The translations under genes were made by a program, and so were the position numbers. Positions 11,430 to 23,793 of a DNA stretch of 54,844 nt are shown piece after piece. The stretch's first letter is position 1, and each line of letters begins with the position of its first letter. The DNA comes from Octopus sinensis (lineage: Eukaryota): contig NW_021833879.1 of NCBI RefSeq assembly GCF_006345805.1, positions 1 through 54,844 of the forward strand. Reading direction: 5' to 3'. The notes beneath the pieces were generated by a model, which had not been told where the DNA came from, searched no databases, and saw nothing but the letters and a program-made list of their open reading frames with translations.

Positions 11430-12625
11430 TTTATCTTTACTTGTTTCAGACATTAGATTGCGGCTATGCTGGGGCACCGCCTTGAAGTGTTTCTAGTCGA
11501 ATGAAATGACCCCAGGAATTATTTTAATTTTTAATCTTGATACTTATTTTATCGTACCCTTTTGTCGAACCGCTAAGTTACGGAAACGCAAACATACCAC
11601 AACTAGTTGTCAAACGGTGATAGAAGACAAAATCTGAGACAACGACATATTCGTGGTCTGATCAATAAGTATCCGGTTTGTTGCCATTGTAACGAAGCTA
11701 AAGCATGCAGAGTGAAGCCGCTTGGCACAGATTGACCTTAGACTTTGCTGTGCCATCGCACTAAGTTGTAACACTCTAGGTCACTTCTGTTTACAGCAGT
11801 GCTTCGAAGGAACGTGTGTAGCGCGTGATCTTTGCATTGATCATGACAGAAATTTGATGCAGATTCTTTGTCAAAAGCTTTGCGATACTTGCTCAGGGGC
11901 CTACACGGACACAGTCAAGGCGATCTTGGGCAACTGAAACCCGAGTGTCTTTTTCGTCACTTGAAAGCAGTTTTGGTACAAACTTGGCAGACTTGTGTCT
12001 CATACCTAAATCTTCAGTGATAATGGACTGAATTGAACCGTAACTAATATGCACATCCTCTGATAAATTCGCAGATGGGGATTCGACGATTACCCCTCAC
12101 AACTTCACGGATATGTGCAATGTTTTTTCTCAGTTCTACTGGTTGCGGATCTCCCAGAACGTTCGTCAACATCGGCATTTTTTCAGCCGTCTTGGAAACA
12201 TCTGGACTACTCGTACATTTATGTACGGCTCATACACTCCTCTCCATACATTTTCGGCAACTTTGCGTAGGCCTCTGAGCAGATATCGCCATGACAACTT
12301 TGTCATGGTCAATGCGGTGATCACACGCTACACACGTTTCTTCCAAGTACTGCTATAAACAGAGGAAGTGAGCTACATTGTTAAAACTTAATACACATGC
12401 ACGGCAGAGTCTAAGGTCAATCTGTGCCGAGTGTCTTCACTCTACGTGCTTTAGCTTTGTTACTATGGCAACAGTCCGGATACTTATCGATCAGACCTCG
12501 TACATATACGATGGTTAATTTCTGTTTCCGTCTCCCAAATTCACTCACAAAGTTTTGGTCGGCCCGTGGCTATAGTAGAATACATTTACCCAAGGTGACA
12601 CCCATGTGGTTAGGAAGCAAAATTC
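11430..12625 (-). mobile_element. Family X SINE split by a mariner insertion
   Basis: Tail half at 11430-11650 and head half at 12503-12625 rejoin to match the copy at 18718-19045. Confidence 0.75.
11652..12500 (-). mobile_element. Non-autonomous mariner with long terminal inverted repeats and a decayed transposase N-terminus
   Basis: Ends cgtggtctgatcaataagtatccgg / ccggatacttatcgatcagacctcg(TA), with inverted homology well over 100 bp. Minus strand reads MYGEECMSRT*MYE..RCFQDG*KNADVDERSGR and SEDVHISYGSIQSIITEDLGMRHKSAKFVPKLL, typical of mariner HTH and the WVP-equivalent motif. The catalytic domain is absent. Confidence 0.9.
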
Positions 12626-12688
12626 AGAAACATAGCCTATTCAAGTTTCACCTTGAATAGGTAAGCCAGTGATGAAATTTTCAGTTAC

Positions 12689-12713
12689 CTCGATGCAAAA
12701 CTGCGGCCACCAA
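12689..12713 (-). CDS. Candidate 25-nt exon (V-GGRSFAS); an in-frame alternative acceptor at 12737 gives DVYACLFEVGGRSFAS
   Basis: Donor GAG|GTAACT; acceptor gtttgtttgaag| is weak. Phases fit the neighbouring candidate exons. Confidence 0.25.
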
Positions 12714-13080
12714 CTTCAAACAAACACGCATACACATCTATCCTTGTTTGTCACTGACTTAGGATAACACCTGCCGCTCAATTATGAACCGTGTTGTGCT
12801 TATCACGAATTTATTTGTGACAACACGGATCGGCGAGCAGTCAAAAATTCTGTCCGGACTTCAAAAGCGCGCCCCAGTAACCATCCACAATGCTCGGGAC
12901 AACTTGGGGTATCGGAACGAAATCTATTTTTCCAGTGTTATATTATTTACTTATCATTGACTCATTAAACCATTTCACAAGAAGTATTTTGGAACCAGAC
13001 AACCATGATGAAAGTGCATAGATGGGCTTATCGATAGACGTATAGATGTATATGTAAATTACTTTTTAAAGCTATTAATA

Positions 13081-13543
13081 AACCTTTCTACTATAAGCAC
13101 AAGCCCTAAAATTTGAGGGGGAAGGGAAAATCGATCACATCGACCCTAGTACTTGATTGGTACTTAATTTGTCGACACCGAAAGGGATGAAAAGCAAAGT
13201 CGACCTCGGTTGAACTTGAACTCACAACGTAGCAACGGGCGAAATATCGCTAAACAATTCGCCCAACGTGCTAACGATTCTGCCAGCTCGCCGCCTTATT
13301 TATGGCTATTAATAATATTTTCTATTATAGGCACAAGGCCTGCAATTTGGGAGAGGTGAATAGTCGATTACAACTGCCCCAGAACTCAACTGGTACTTAA
13401 TCGACCCCGAATGGATGAAGGGTAAAGTCGACCCCGGCGGAATTTAAACTCAGAACATAGAGACGAGCGGAATTCGAACTCAGAACAGAGAGACGTGTGA
13501 AATACCGCGAAAATTTCTAACGATTCTGCCATCTTACCGCCTT
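13081..13543 (-). mobile_element. Two tandem family M SINEs (13081-13297, 13321-13543)
   Basis: Two reverse-strand copies with different tails, separated and flanked by a shared gctattaata sequence. Confidence 0.85.
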
Positions 13544-13607
13544 ATTTAAGGCTATTAATAATAGTGTATAGAATATAGAGTTAAAAATACCTAAAATGGA
13601 TAAAAAT

Positions 13608-13680
13608 GGAAGCTTGCCCGTGGGACTCGAACCCGTATAGTCTCTGAAAATGACAGATGTGCTAACTACAATACCACAGA
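13608..13680 (-). pseudogene. tRNA-like relic or isolated SINE head
   Basis: Minus strand gtggtattgtagttagc...cgggttcgagtcccacggg has A-box-like and B-box (GGTTCGAGTCC) motifs; the cloverleaf is not intact. Confidence 0.35.
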
Positions 13681-13994
13681 AATACTTCGAATTTCAAACA
13701 TTCATTTTAGAAGCTTTGTTTTTACCAGCGAGAATTGTAAGATGTTTACATTGAAATATTTTCGGAACTTTCAGAGATATGAAATAAAACATTTTTAACG
13801 ATGGAACTCGAAGTAGATAAAGCTATAAATAACAATGTGGTGTCGAAATACTGGGCTGAAACACGTTTTCTTTCTATCCAAGTGATTTTTTACCCCAATA
13901 TCCTATGCGCTATTATTTATAGTTTTATCTACTTCGTGTCCCACCACAAAAAATAATTTATTTCACATATCTCAGCCTCTAACTTCTAAGAATG

Positions 13995-14066
13995 TAAACA
14001 TACTTACATATATGTGTGTATATATACATTCATATGTGTGTATATATATGTATATATATATATTAT

Positions 14067-14117
<51 letters not shown>

Positions 14118-14209
14118 ATATAATATATACATATACATATATATATATAATATATATATATATGTATATATCCATATACATATATGCATATATATGTATA
14201 TATATATAT

Positions 14210-14245
<36 letters not shown>

Positions 14246-14470
14246 TATATACATATATATATACATATATACATATACATCTATAAATATATATATATAT
14301 ATATTATATATATATATATATGTATATATCCATATACATATATGCATATATATGTATATATATATATATACATATACATAGATGTATATATATGTGTGTG
14401 TATATATATATATATATATTATATATATATAATATATATATATACATATAAACACAAATGTATATATTTG
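13995..14470. repeat. Complex (TA)n/(TACA)n microsatellite
   Basis: Direct reading. Confidence 0.95.
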
Positions 14471-14967
14471 CTTTTTTATACTGATATATATAAAAAAGCT
14501 GTTATGCATGTACAAATACATAAATTATCTTCTTCTTTTAGTAGTTTTATTCGATGGACTTCGACCATGCTGGAGTACCACATTATTTTCGTTTTTTGTT
14601 GTTTATTTATTTACTTATTTATTTATTTATTTATTTATTAGAATTTTTTTAATATTTTATTAAAGTTTCTTGAAGTTTTATGACTGGAAATGAAACTATA
14701 ATTTCGGTAGCAACTGATCTTCCTTGAGTGTAATCTTTTACGGTCGGTTGGTCCAGTATTTTGGTAAAAGAGTCCGATGCTCGACTGTATCTACGCATTT
14801 GTTTCTTTGTGTTATATGTGCAGGTAAATATTATTACATCAAGTCTATACCACTTACAAATGGAGAGGACTGTTTTTTAGCATATTTGCTACATACTTCG
14901 TGCGTGTTTACATATAGTGAGAGATACGTGGCTTTCTAGCAAATAGGTGCATATTGTACCGTGACTT

Positions 14968-14998
<31 letters not shown>

Positions 14999-15009
14999 GC
15001 CACTACACA

Positions 15010-15183
15010 CATCCTTTTCTCTCCTTGTTTCTCTCCTTGGTTTTTTTCTGTGTCCCTTTCTGTAGAAGAGTGTAGGCTCGAAACGTAAAAGACTTTTTCT
15101 ATTCCTGAGCGTTATACTAATACATCTGTTTATTTTGTACACCACCTGTCTTCGTTTTTTGCTTTTTTTCGTAAACTCTCCCT
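15010..15183 (+). mobile_element. PLE pseudo-LTR remnant, family B
   Basis: Near-identical to 8320-8470; ends in (TA)n. Confidence 0.75.
15056..15093 (+). ncRNA. Minimal type I hammerhead variant (CUGUAGA+A)
   Basis: CTTT CTGTAGA(15060-15066) A GAGT-GTAG-GCTC GAAA C GT A(15087) AAAG; 4-bp stem I CTTT/AAAG. Confidence 0.65.
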
Positions 15184-15185
15184 AT

Positions 15186-15219
<34 letters not shown>

Positions 15220-15548
15220 ACATGCATGTATGTATTTATGTATGCATATATATATAGTTTCAAAAGAAGAGAGATGTGAATGACTTTTCGAAGTTCCAGC
15301 TAGTTGTCCTTACGAAGTCTAGCAGGCTAAAACTTCTATGTTACTGTCATCTCATCATCCCCGTTTTCATAAGCTTAATTAATTTTTAGTCTACTCAATC
15401 GTACCCAATAATTCTTCAGTTTACAATATTAAATTGTTTTTTATAAATAATTTGTCATAAAGACAAACATTAATATATATATAATACATATATAAATACA
15501 TGTTTACATATGTATATGTATATTTACATATATATATGTGTGTATGTC

Positions 15549-15579
<31 letters not shown>

Positions 15580-15780
15580 ATACATGTGTGCATATGTTTG
15601 TATGTGTGTATGCGCCCGCACGCGTGTGTGTATTAATATTTTAAGGTCTTTCAGTTAAAATTTTTTAGAATAACAACAGAACAACTTTTTACTGATAGGA
15701 AGAAGACTCAATACTAAAAATAGAGTCATTGTACAAACTATTATTTTAGGTAATTCAAGTAAAGCTAATTAAATATTCAC

Positions 15781-15824
15781 CTGCAGCTGTACGTATTTGA
15801 AAATTGGAAAGTATATGCAAATAG
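15781..15824 (-). CDS. Candidate 44-nt exon (F-YLHILSNFQIRTAA in the favoured frame)
   Basis: Acceptor tatatttag|, donor CAG|GTGAAT. All three frames are open, so the frame is chosen only by neighbour phase. Confidence 0.3.
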
Positions 15825-16257
15825 CTAAATATAGTCGTACAGGACACCTATGGTACTATACATACACGTATGCATACATATATGCACTAACATACACTCA
15901 CACACTCACACACACGCATACAAACATTGTATATATCATATCTGTATATGTAGACATTCATTCCATCTATTATATTTATACACATATATGCATTTATGAG
16001 TGTCTGTGTGTATGTGTGCGTGCGTGCGTGCGCTTATGTGTATTATACATGCGCAGAAATACATATATAAATGCCTATGAAACATACAAGGAAATGCATA
16101 CATACACACACATACACACATATATATATACACTCATACAAACCCATACGTATAAACACTCAACACACATACACACACATATGCTCACATACCCATACAC
16201 ACACATTCGCACACGCAACCACACACACTCACATATACATACATGTGTGTATATGTA

Positions 16258-16563
16258 TACTAGCAGTATCGCCCGGCGTTGCTCGGGTTTGTAAGGGAAA
16301 TAACTATATAAGCATTTTTAGAGAGTTACTTCCCTTATATAATAGCAAAAATAAAGCATTAAAAATGGGAAAAATTATGGTAAACTTTTTTTTTAATCAT
16401 AGACTCATCGTAGACGCACGCTAATACCCAGAAGGGCTCGATATGAATCACGACTATAAGATACCCGCTTTTGGTTAAACTGCACCGCAAAATGTGGGAG
16501 TAGTTAGGAATTTAAATCGTAGGAGACAGACACTCACACAACTTCACTTTTATATATAAAGAT
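16258..16563 (+). mobile_element. Helentron-associated non-autonomous element (HINE/DINE-1-like)
   Basis: Starts TACTAGCAGTATCGCCCGGCGTTGCTCGGG (CCCG/CGGG hairpin) and ends ...ttttatatataaagat; set in TA/TG repeat sequence. Confidence 0.65.
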
Positions 16564-16795
16564 ATGTATGTGTGTATGTGTGCATGTGCATCTGTGTATG
16601 TGTGTGTATATGTGTGTGTATGTATGCATGTATGCATGTATGCTTGTATATATGTATGCATATATGTATACATGCATGTATGTATGTATGTATGTGTTCC
16701 AGACATCTGTACAGCTGCATAAGGCTATAGAGCTACACCTGGGAATATATACGACATGTTTTCACACAGTTTTTAACCTACTAAATTTCACTTAC

Positions 16796-16816
16796 AAAGT
16801 ATTCGTTAACTTGATG
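16796..16816 (-). CDS. Candidate 21-nt microexon (IKLTNT or HQVNEYF, depending on frame)
   Basis: Strong acceptor attttctactttag| and donor TTT|GTAAGTGA, 21 nt apart. Confidence 0.35.
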
Positions 16817-16881
16817 CTAAAGTAGAAAATACTTGGCCAAAGAACCAGCATTGTGAGGTTAAAACTGTTGGCATATATATA

Positions 16882-17106
16882 GGCGCAGGAGTGGCTGTGT
16901 GGTAAGTAGCTTGTCTATCAACCACATGTTTCTGGGTTCAGTCCCAATTATGTCCCTGTTACTTAACGGTTTGGCAAAAGAGACCGATAGAATAAGTACT
17001 GGGCTTACAAAGAATAAGTCCCGGGGTCGAGTTGCTCGATTAAAGGCGGTGCTCCAGCATGGCCGCAGTCAAATGACTGAAACAAGTAAAAGAGAATAAA
17101 AGAGAG
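16882..17106 (+). mobile_element. Family X SINE, internally deleted
   Basis: Head ggcgcaggagtggctgtgtggtaag joined directly to the tail; ends gtaaaagagaataaaagag. Confidence 0.85.
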
Positions 17107-17569
17107 TATATATTTGTAAAGTGCTCTTCTTGACTGCACAACTATCAGAGAATTAGATTCACAAACTAATTAAATGGTATTAAGTAATTTGTATGGCTGT
17201 CTGCAACCACAACAATCATTATAAATTGATATCAATATTAGTTTCATATTTTGGCACAGGGCCAGTAATTTCAGGAGTGTGATTAAGCCAACTATACTGA
17301 CCCCAGTGCTCAACAGGTAGTCAATTAATATTGATATTAGACACAGTATGGCTAAGGGTTTTAAGACCAGATGGTCTTGAATTTAGTCTCACTGCAGGAC
17401 ACCCTGGGTAAGTGATTTCTACTATAGACTCCTACTGATTAATAATATATGATACAATTTACTTGATGTAAACTACAGGTGACTTGTCTTGTGTGTGTGT
17501 GTGTATTATATATATATATATATATAATATATATATATATATTATAACATGTGCTTTTTATGTATGTAT

Positions 17570-17631
<62 letters not shown>

Positions 17632-17634
<3 letters not shown>

Positions 17635-18065
17635 TAGCAGCATAGCCCGGCGTTGCACGGGTATGTAAGAGCCCCTAGTAGGCAACGACTAATCCCAATC
17701 TAGTCCTTTCCCTCTAGGGAACGAAGGCGCATGTGTAGGTTGCAATGTCTTCTCTTCACTCGAATACTTCTGTGTATACGATGTTCCTAGCTGTCCCTTT
17801 GGGCGATAAAAAGGTCGAGTTGTGTCCCCTAGACAGAAAATGTAAAAAGCTGAGATTCTCGACCCCATGTCGAATCTATCGATTTTATTCAGAACTGGGG
17901 GAGCTTTTCAAAATTTTCGCTGCGTTAGTTTTGAATTATGACATTGGGCTATGTGTGTGTCAAGTTTCATCAGAATCGGTTGAAAGCCGTGGTCAGGGTG
18001 AGGGTACAACTTGACAGACACACAGACACACAGACAGACAAACTGCCGTTTATATAGGGAGAGAT
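17632..18065 (+). mobile_element. Helentron-associated non-autonomous element, second subfamily
   Basis: Same 5' end TACTAGCAGCATAGCCCGGCGTTGCACGGG with a different interior. The 3' part aagtttcatcagaatcggttg...gacagacaaac...tttatatag is typical of HINE/DINE-type elements. Confidence 0.65.
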
Positions 18066-18071
18066 GTATGT

Positions 18072-18238
18072 AGGCACAGGCGTGGCTGCGTGGTAAGCAG
18101 CGTGCTTCCCAGCCATATGGTTCCGGGTTCAGTCCTACTGCATGACACCTTAAGTAATCAATTTAGGTATCAACTATAGCCTCAGGTCGACCAAAGCGTT
18201 GTGTATGGCTCTGGCAGGCGGAAACTGAAAGAAACCTG

Positions 18239-18278
<40 letters not shown>

Positions 18279-18345
18279 CATACACACACAGACACACACA
18301 CACATATATATATATTATGTGTGTGTGTGTGTGTGTGTGTTTGTG
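18072..18345 (+). mobile_element. Family X SINE (5' half)
   Basis: Head and body match the consensus, ending in TA/CA repeats. Confidence 0.8.
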
Positions 18346-18717
18346 TGTATGTGAGGTATATTTGCCATCTCAATATGGCTAACCACTAAGGGTGGGTGTT
18401 ACTGTAGCTTGTAGCCCCAGGGGAACATCTCCTCCAGCTGGCTATAGGCACACTTTCTGTGCCCTATCGGTATTTGCAAAGGGAGGTCATCCTTCCCCCG
18501 TCAACCTGAGTGATACGCACGGACTGCAGTTCCTGGATCTATATTATTGCTTATATATATATATATATATATATATATTGATAGAAATGGCAAGACAACA
18601 AAAGAATGAAAGAGACCTCGATATTATGTAAATTGAGGAATTTATCTATAAAATTAATATGTGACAATTATTCGGTAGCCATGATAAAACTCCGAGTTTG
18701 GGATGTCGGGACACTTT

Positions 18718-19045
18718 TACTTTCTTTTACTTGTTTTAATCATTTGACCGTGGCCATGCTGGAGCACCGGCTTTTTAGTCAAAGAAGTCGACCCCAGGAC
18801 TTATTCTTTGTAAGCTTCTTACTTATTCTATCGGTTTCTTATGCTGAACCGCTAAGTTACAGGGACGTAAACACACCAAGATCGATTGTCAAGCGATGGA
18901 GGGGACAAACACAGACACACACACACACATACATATACGATGGGCTTCTTTCAGTTTCCATCTACCAAGTCCACTCACAAGGCTTTGGTCGGCCCGAGTA
19001 GAAGATACTTGCCCATTGTGCCACACAATGGGACTGAACCTGGAA
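18718..19045 (-). mobile_element. Family X SINE
   Basis: Reverse complement of the family consensus. Confidence 0.85.
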
Positions 19046-19972
19046 CCACGGCTAGCAATTTTTGACGGGATGAACAAGTCGGTTACATCGACTCAGAGTA
19101 TTTGAGTGGAAACTTCGGGGATTAAAGGCAATTTTGGCCTAAGCGGGTTTTAACTCGATTCGTAAAGAACTGGAAGAAACGCCGCTAAACTAACGAATTT
19201 GCCACCTCGCCGCCCATTGGCTCATTGACAACCCGCTCTGCAGTAAGGGGAGGGGAGTTATTGTTGTCTTTTTAATTTGTATTTCGTATTATTTCTTCAT
19301 TCAGTTGTTTAATTAATGGTGTTTTATTTAAATTAACTTCCAATAGATTCCAGAATAAATAACCCTAAATTTTATTCTCCTATGCTAAATTATTTTTCCC
19401 GATATTTTCTTTTTGAAGTAATTTTCGAAAAAATTTTCACGTTTTTTTTTCTTTTTATTTTCATTATATTTTCCAGGTTTTGTTTTTTATTTTTTTTTCC
19501 TGTTGTTGCTATATATTTTTGTAAGAGTTTTTTTTATAGTTTCGCGGAAATTTTTTTTATACTATTTTTTACGTTTTTTTATTTCCTTTTTATGTTTCAT
19601 TATATTTTCCAAGTTTTGTTTTTCATTATTTTTTTCTCTTGTTATGTCTTATATTTTTGCGAGAGTTGTTTTTGTGTTATTTAAAATCTTTTTTTTTGTC
19701 TTATTTATTTATTCATTGATTTCAGTGCGTTATAGCTTTATTCCTTTTTTCGTTCTTTTAATTTTTTTGGCTCTAATGTATTTTTTATGCTTGTTTTTAA
19801 ATTGCATTTTCCAGGTTTACTTTTTTTTATATTTATTTGTGGGACTTTTTGTTATGAGGGAGGGGAATACTTAAATTAATACTTCATATGTTTGTTTTTT
19901 TCAATTTGTATTTTTACATTTGTGTTTAATGGTTTTACGGAGTTTTTTACTCGCACACACCACACACAACAT

Positions 19973-20026
<54 letters not shown>

Positions 20027-20158
20027 GCATACATTTATACGTGTACGTCTGTGTCTTTATATATATATAATTTTCCAAAAAAATCCTCAAAAATGGAAAC
20101 AAAATACAAAACAAGTAAAAGCGGTCCCTGCAAAAGGAACACATATATACATAGACAA

Positions 20159-20208
<50 letters not shown>

Positions 20209-20294
20209 CAAATATATATGTATTGTGTATGTGTATTATATATACATACACATATGTTTGTATTTTTTATTGTGTATGTATGTATGTATGTATG

Positions 20295-20328
<34 letters not shown>

Positions 20329-21747
20329 TGTAGTATGTATGTATGTGTTCCTTTTACAGGACCGTTTTAATTTATTTTCTTTTGTTGTTTTTTGTTACCA
20401 TTTTTGTGGAATTTTTTTTTAAATTGCAGATAATTCTTATTTGGCAAATTTTTCCTAAGTTACTTAAGAAATTAATTTCCAACAACAAAAACAAAGGCCC
20501 ACCTCTAAGTTAATTAACAAAGACGGGAGAATAAAAATAGATTCTTTTGTTTAAGACAGCAACATTATATTACAAAAAAATTAAGACATTGTTTACAATT
20601 TTGCTATCAACGAAACCCAATTTTGCGGAACCGATGTCAACAAAGGGTTTCTGTTGATTGAGGGGTGTATGAAGGTAATGTGAAAACATTCACACACACG
20701 TACATATGCATACATACGTGCATATATAGATACACACACACACACACACTCACACACATATATAGTCATAGATATATATATATATACACACAAACTCACA
20801 CACACATGTAGTCATAGATTATATATATATACACACACTCACACACATATATAGTCATGCGTGTGCAGTGTCTACCTATATCTATGTATCTTTAAGCCTA
20901 TATATGTACATATATATATTATATATATATATATATACATACACATATATATGTGTGAGTGTGTGTTTGTGTATGTATGTATATATATACGTATATATTT
21001 GTGTGAGTTGTGTGTATATGTATGTGTTTATATGTGTTTATGTATCCGTGTATAGGCCATGTCGTACTAATGCAAATTAAGTTCTTCCGCAAACTGGAGT
21101 TTGTGGAAGAAATTAATTTAGCAAAAGCCTATTATCCCCTGGTGTTGGTGGATTTTGTGAATCCTTTGTTTGTGCGATTGAGTATATACTGTTAACAAGA
21201 AAGAACTGGTGTCAAACATTCTACTGATTAAACCTGGCATACAACACAAGGGAAGCAACTGGTACTAAAGTCCCTGAACGAGGGGTTTTGTTGGCCCACT
21301 TCTTTAACCTACTTTTCATCTCAAAGCCAGGGGAAAGCCGCTAAACATTTTGCCCGACTTACTAGCGATTCTGCCAGCTCGTCGCCTTTTGTGCTTGTGC
21401 TTTCCATTGCCACACGAAATTTCAAGTGCAATTTCGTTTCAAATCAAGTATGACAAAATTGCCGGCCAGCTGGCTTTATTGTAACTACGGTTCTATAATT
21501 GCAACTTAGTTGGCATGAAACCATTGGTGTCGTATTAATAGTATACACTACTATCAAGAGAAATTTACTCATCCACCTATGCAGTGTTGATCAATCACTT
21601 TTTAGTTCGCTACTAAAAGCAACACAGACACATGCACACAAGCGTGGTCACACAGGCACGCACACACATTCATATACATGTATACAGAGTGGTACATTCA
21701 TATAAATAAATATATAGTATGTATACATACACACACACGCACACACG

Positions 21748-21769
<22 letters not shown>

Positions 21770-21779
<10 letters not shown>

Positions 21780-21800
21780 TAGAGATATAGATAGATAGAC

Positions 21801-21887
<87 letters not shown>

Positions 21888-21888
21888 A
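21770..21888. repeat. (GATA)n microsatellite
   Basis: Direct reading. Confidence 0.95.
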
Positions 21889-21929
21889 TTATTAATTTAA
21901 TTATATATATATGTATGTGTGTATATATA

Positions 21930-22050
21930 TTATATCACATGATCACGTGACCGACCAGTCCATCAGATGTAGTTACACATCGCTGGTCACAATGCGCTCG
22001 CATTGTTTTAGCCTTCGAACGACGCCACCCCGCTGGCTAAGCGAGCAGGC
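21930..22050 (-). mobile_element. Short interspersed fragment, probably a LINE 3' end
   Basis: GC-richer island between microsatellites, ending (minus strand) in ...ggtcacgtgatcatgtgat, a short tandem tail. Confidence 0.35.
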
Positions 22051-22344
22051 CATATATATATATGTATGTATTGTATGTATGTATGTATGTATGTATGTAT
22101 GTATGTATGTATGTATGTATGTATTTTCTAAATATTAATAGTTATAAGCTTTAAGCTTATAGAAAATTGTCCAATATTGTGGTATATAAGCATTCGACGG
22201 AAAAAGTGGGTTTTCCGTAGGCACAGGTGAGGAACCCACATTCTTTTCTGTCGAGGGTTTATATGCCATAACATTAGACAATTTGCTTTAAAGCAAAATC
22301 TGTTTTAATGGTAAGGATGCTTCAAAAAGCAATTATAACAATAC

Positions 22345-22556
22345 CAGACTATCGAAAGCGGCGAGCTGGCAGAAACGTAAGCGCGCTGGACGGAATGCTA
22401 AGCGGTATTTCGTCTTTAAGTTCAAATTCCGCCGAAGTCGACTTTGCATTTCATCCTCTCGTGGTCGATAAATTAAGTACCAGTTGCGTACTGGAGTCGA
22501 TTTAATCGACTGGCTCCCTCTCCAAAAAATTTCGGGCCTTGTGCCTGGAAGAGAAA
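22345..22556 (+). mobile_element. Family M SINE
   Basis: ggcgagctggcagaaacg...gaagtcgactttgcatttcatcc...gggccttgtgcc. Confidence 0.85.
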
Positions 22557-22669
22557 AAACTATTAGACAATTTTCTTTAGCAAATACGCGATGAAGACTT
22601 GTAAGCTTAAAGTTTATTATTATTTACAGAACTTTCACTCATCACCGTTTCTTCATCTAACGCAGAATA

Positions 22670-23030
22670 TATATATATACAACTTATAAACAAGGACAAA
22701 AGAAAAAAATCTAATGCCAAATATGCCGAAAATAGACAAATCGTCAATAACCATATAATTTATCACTACAAGCATGTGTCTCGAAGGAAGCAGACAGAAA
22801 TTTCTAAAAAATTCCGTTATTATCGTATCGGTCCCAATTTCAGAGTTAATTCATAAGAATTTTCTCCTCGTCAGCAATAAATATGGTAGGAAATAAATGA
22901 AATACTTACTTATACCCATGGAAGAAGCAAACACTATCTCATGAGCACACTTAAGTACCCCAAATATATCCAAAGTAGAAATTTTCCAGGACACCTCGAG
23001 ATACGTGCGATCTGACTGAAAACTCTCATA
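22670..23030 (-). mobile_element. PLE pseudo-LTR remnant, family C
   Basis: Contains a hammerhead fold and ends in a T-rich tail running into (TA)n, like the other PLE remnants. The 5' boundary is uncertain. Confidence 0.55.
22820..22880 (-). ncRNA. Type I hammerhead ribozyme (canonical CUGACGA/GAAA core, AUA triplet)
   Basis: Minus strand TTATTG CTGACGA GGAG-aa-AATTC-ttat-GAATT-aa-CTCT GAAA TTGG-ga-CCGA T A CGATAA; all three stems pair, with some G-U pairs. Confidence 0.75.
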
Positions 23031-23134
23031 GAATGAGAGAGTCCGGAAGTGAACGCTATTAAATTTACATCTAATATAGGATAAGATTTTTCGAGAAAAA
23101 TTCTATCAATGGCCAGTCCGATCGCACTCCCCCT

Positions 23135-23325
23135 CCTCCATCCTCGAACTTTCCAGGAAGAACTCCCCGTCCTCGGACATTTCCAGGAAGTACTCCAACT
23201 CTTCCCCTTCCCATCTTCGAACTTTTCCAGGAAGTACTAACCCTCCTTGGACTTTTCCAGGAAGTACTCCCCTCCTCCCCTTCCCGTCCACGGACTTTTC
23301 CAGGAAGTACTGCCCCTCCTCAGGA
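23135..23325. repeat. Minisatellite with alternating ~30/44-bp units, each containing TTCCAGGAAG
   Basis: TTCCAGGAA at 23151, 23181, 23225, 23255 and 23298. Confidence 0.9.
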
Positions 23326-23533
23326 GTGCGCGTATTTATCGACCCCGAAAGTGGGTGTTGAACTCAGAACACAAAGATCTGGACCAAATACATCAGAACA
23401 TATATATGCACGCACAGACCTTTACATAAATTTGTATTTATATCTCTGTATATACATATACATATATATATATTTATATGTATATATAGGTGTGTGGTGT
23501 AATATAATCATATATATGTATTATAGTGAGTGT

Positions 23534-23579
<46 letters not shown>

Positions 23580-23582
23580 TAT

Positions 23583-23617
<35 letters not shown>

Positions 23618-23793
23618 ATCAACAAAAGGTGCGGTTGTGATGACCGCACGTGGAGAAATGATAAGCAAGGGAAAATTTGTAAAAAGGCAGAATGCTAAAT
23701 TGAAAGAAGATTTTAATGAAAATGGGTGTATTGAAAAGTTTTTTAAAAAATTGATAATATATAAATATTTATATATATATATATATATATATA

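Noticed and set aside
12789-12829. Hairpin ccgtgttg...caacacgg as a pre-miRNA
   Set aside because: Too short, with a 6-nt asymmetric bulge.
14824-14935. Possible exon on either strand (minus KATYLSLYVNTHEV..., plus GKYYYIKSIPL...)
   Set aside because: Splice-like signals exist on both strands, the minus version breaks the phase of the favoured chain, and the resemblance to a WIF/RYK N-terminus is not continued by any other exon.
22911-23016. 106-nt host coding exon (SDRTYLEVSWK...)
   Set aside because: It lies within a probable PLE pseudo-LTR next to a hammerhead, so the splice signals more likely belong to the element.
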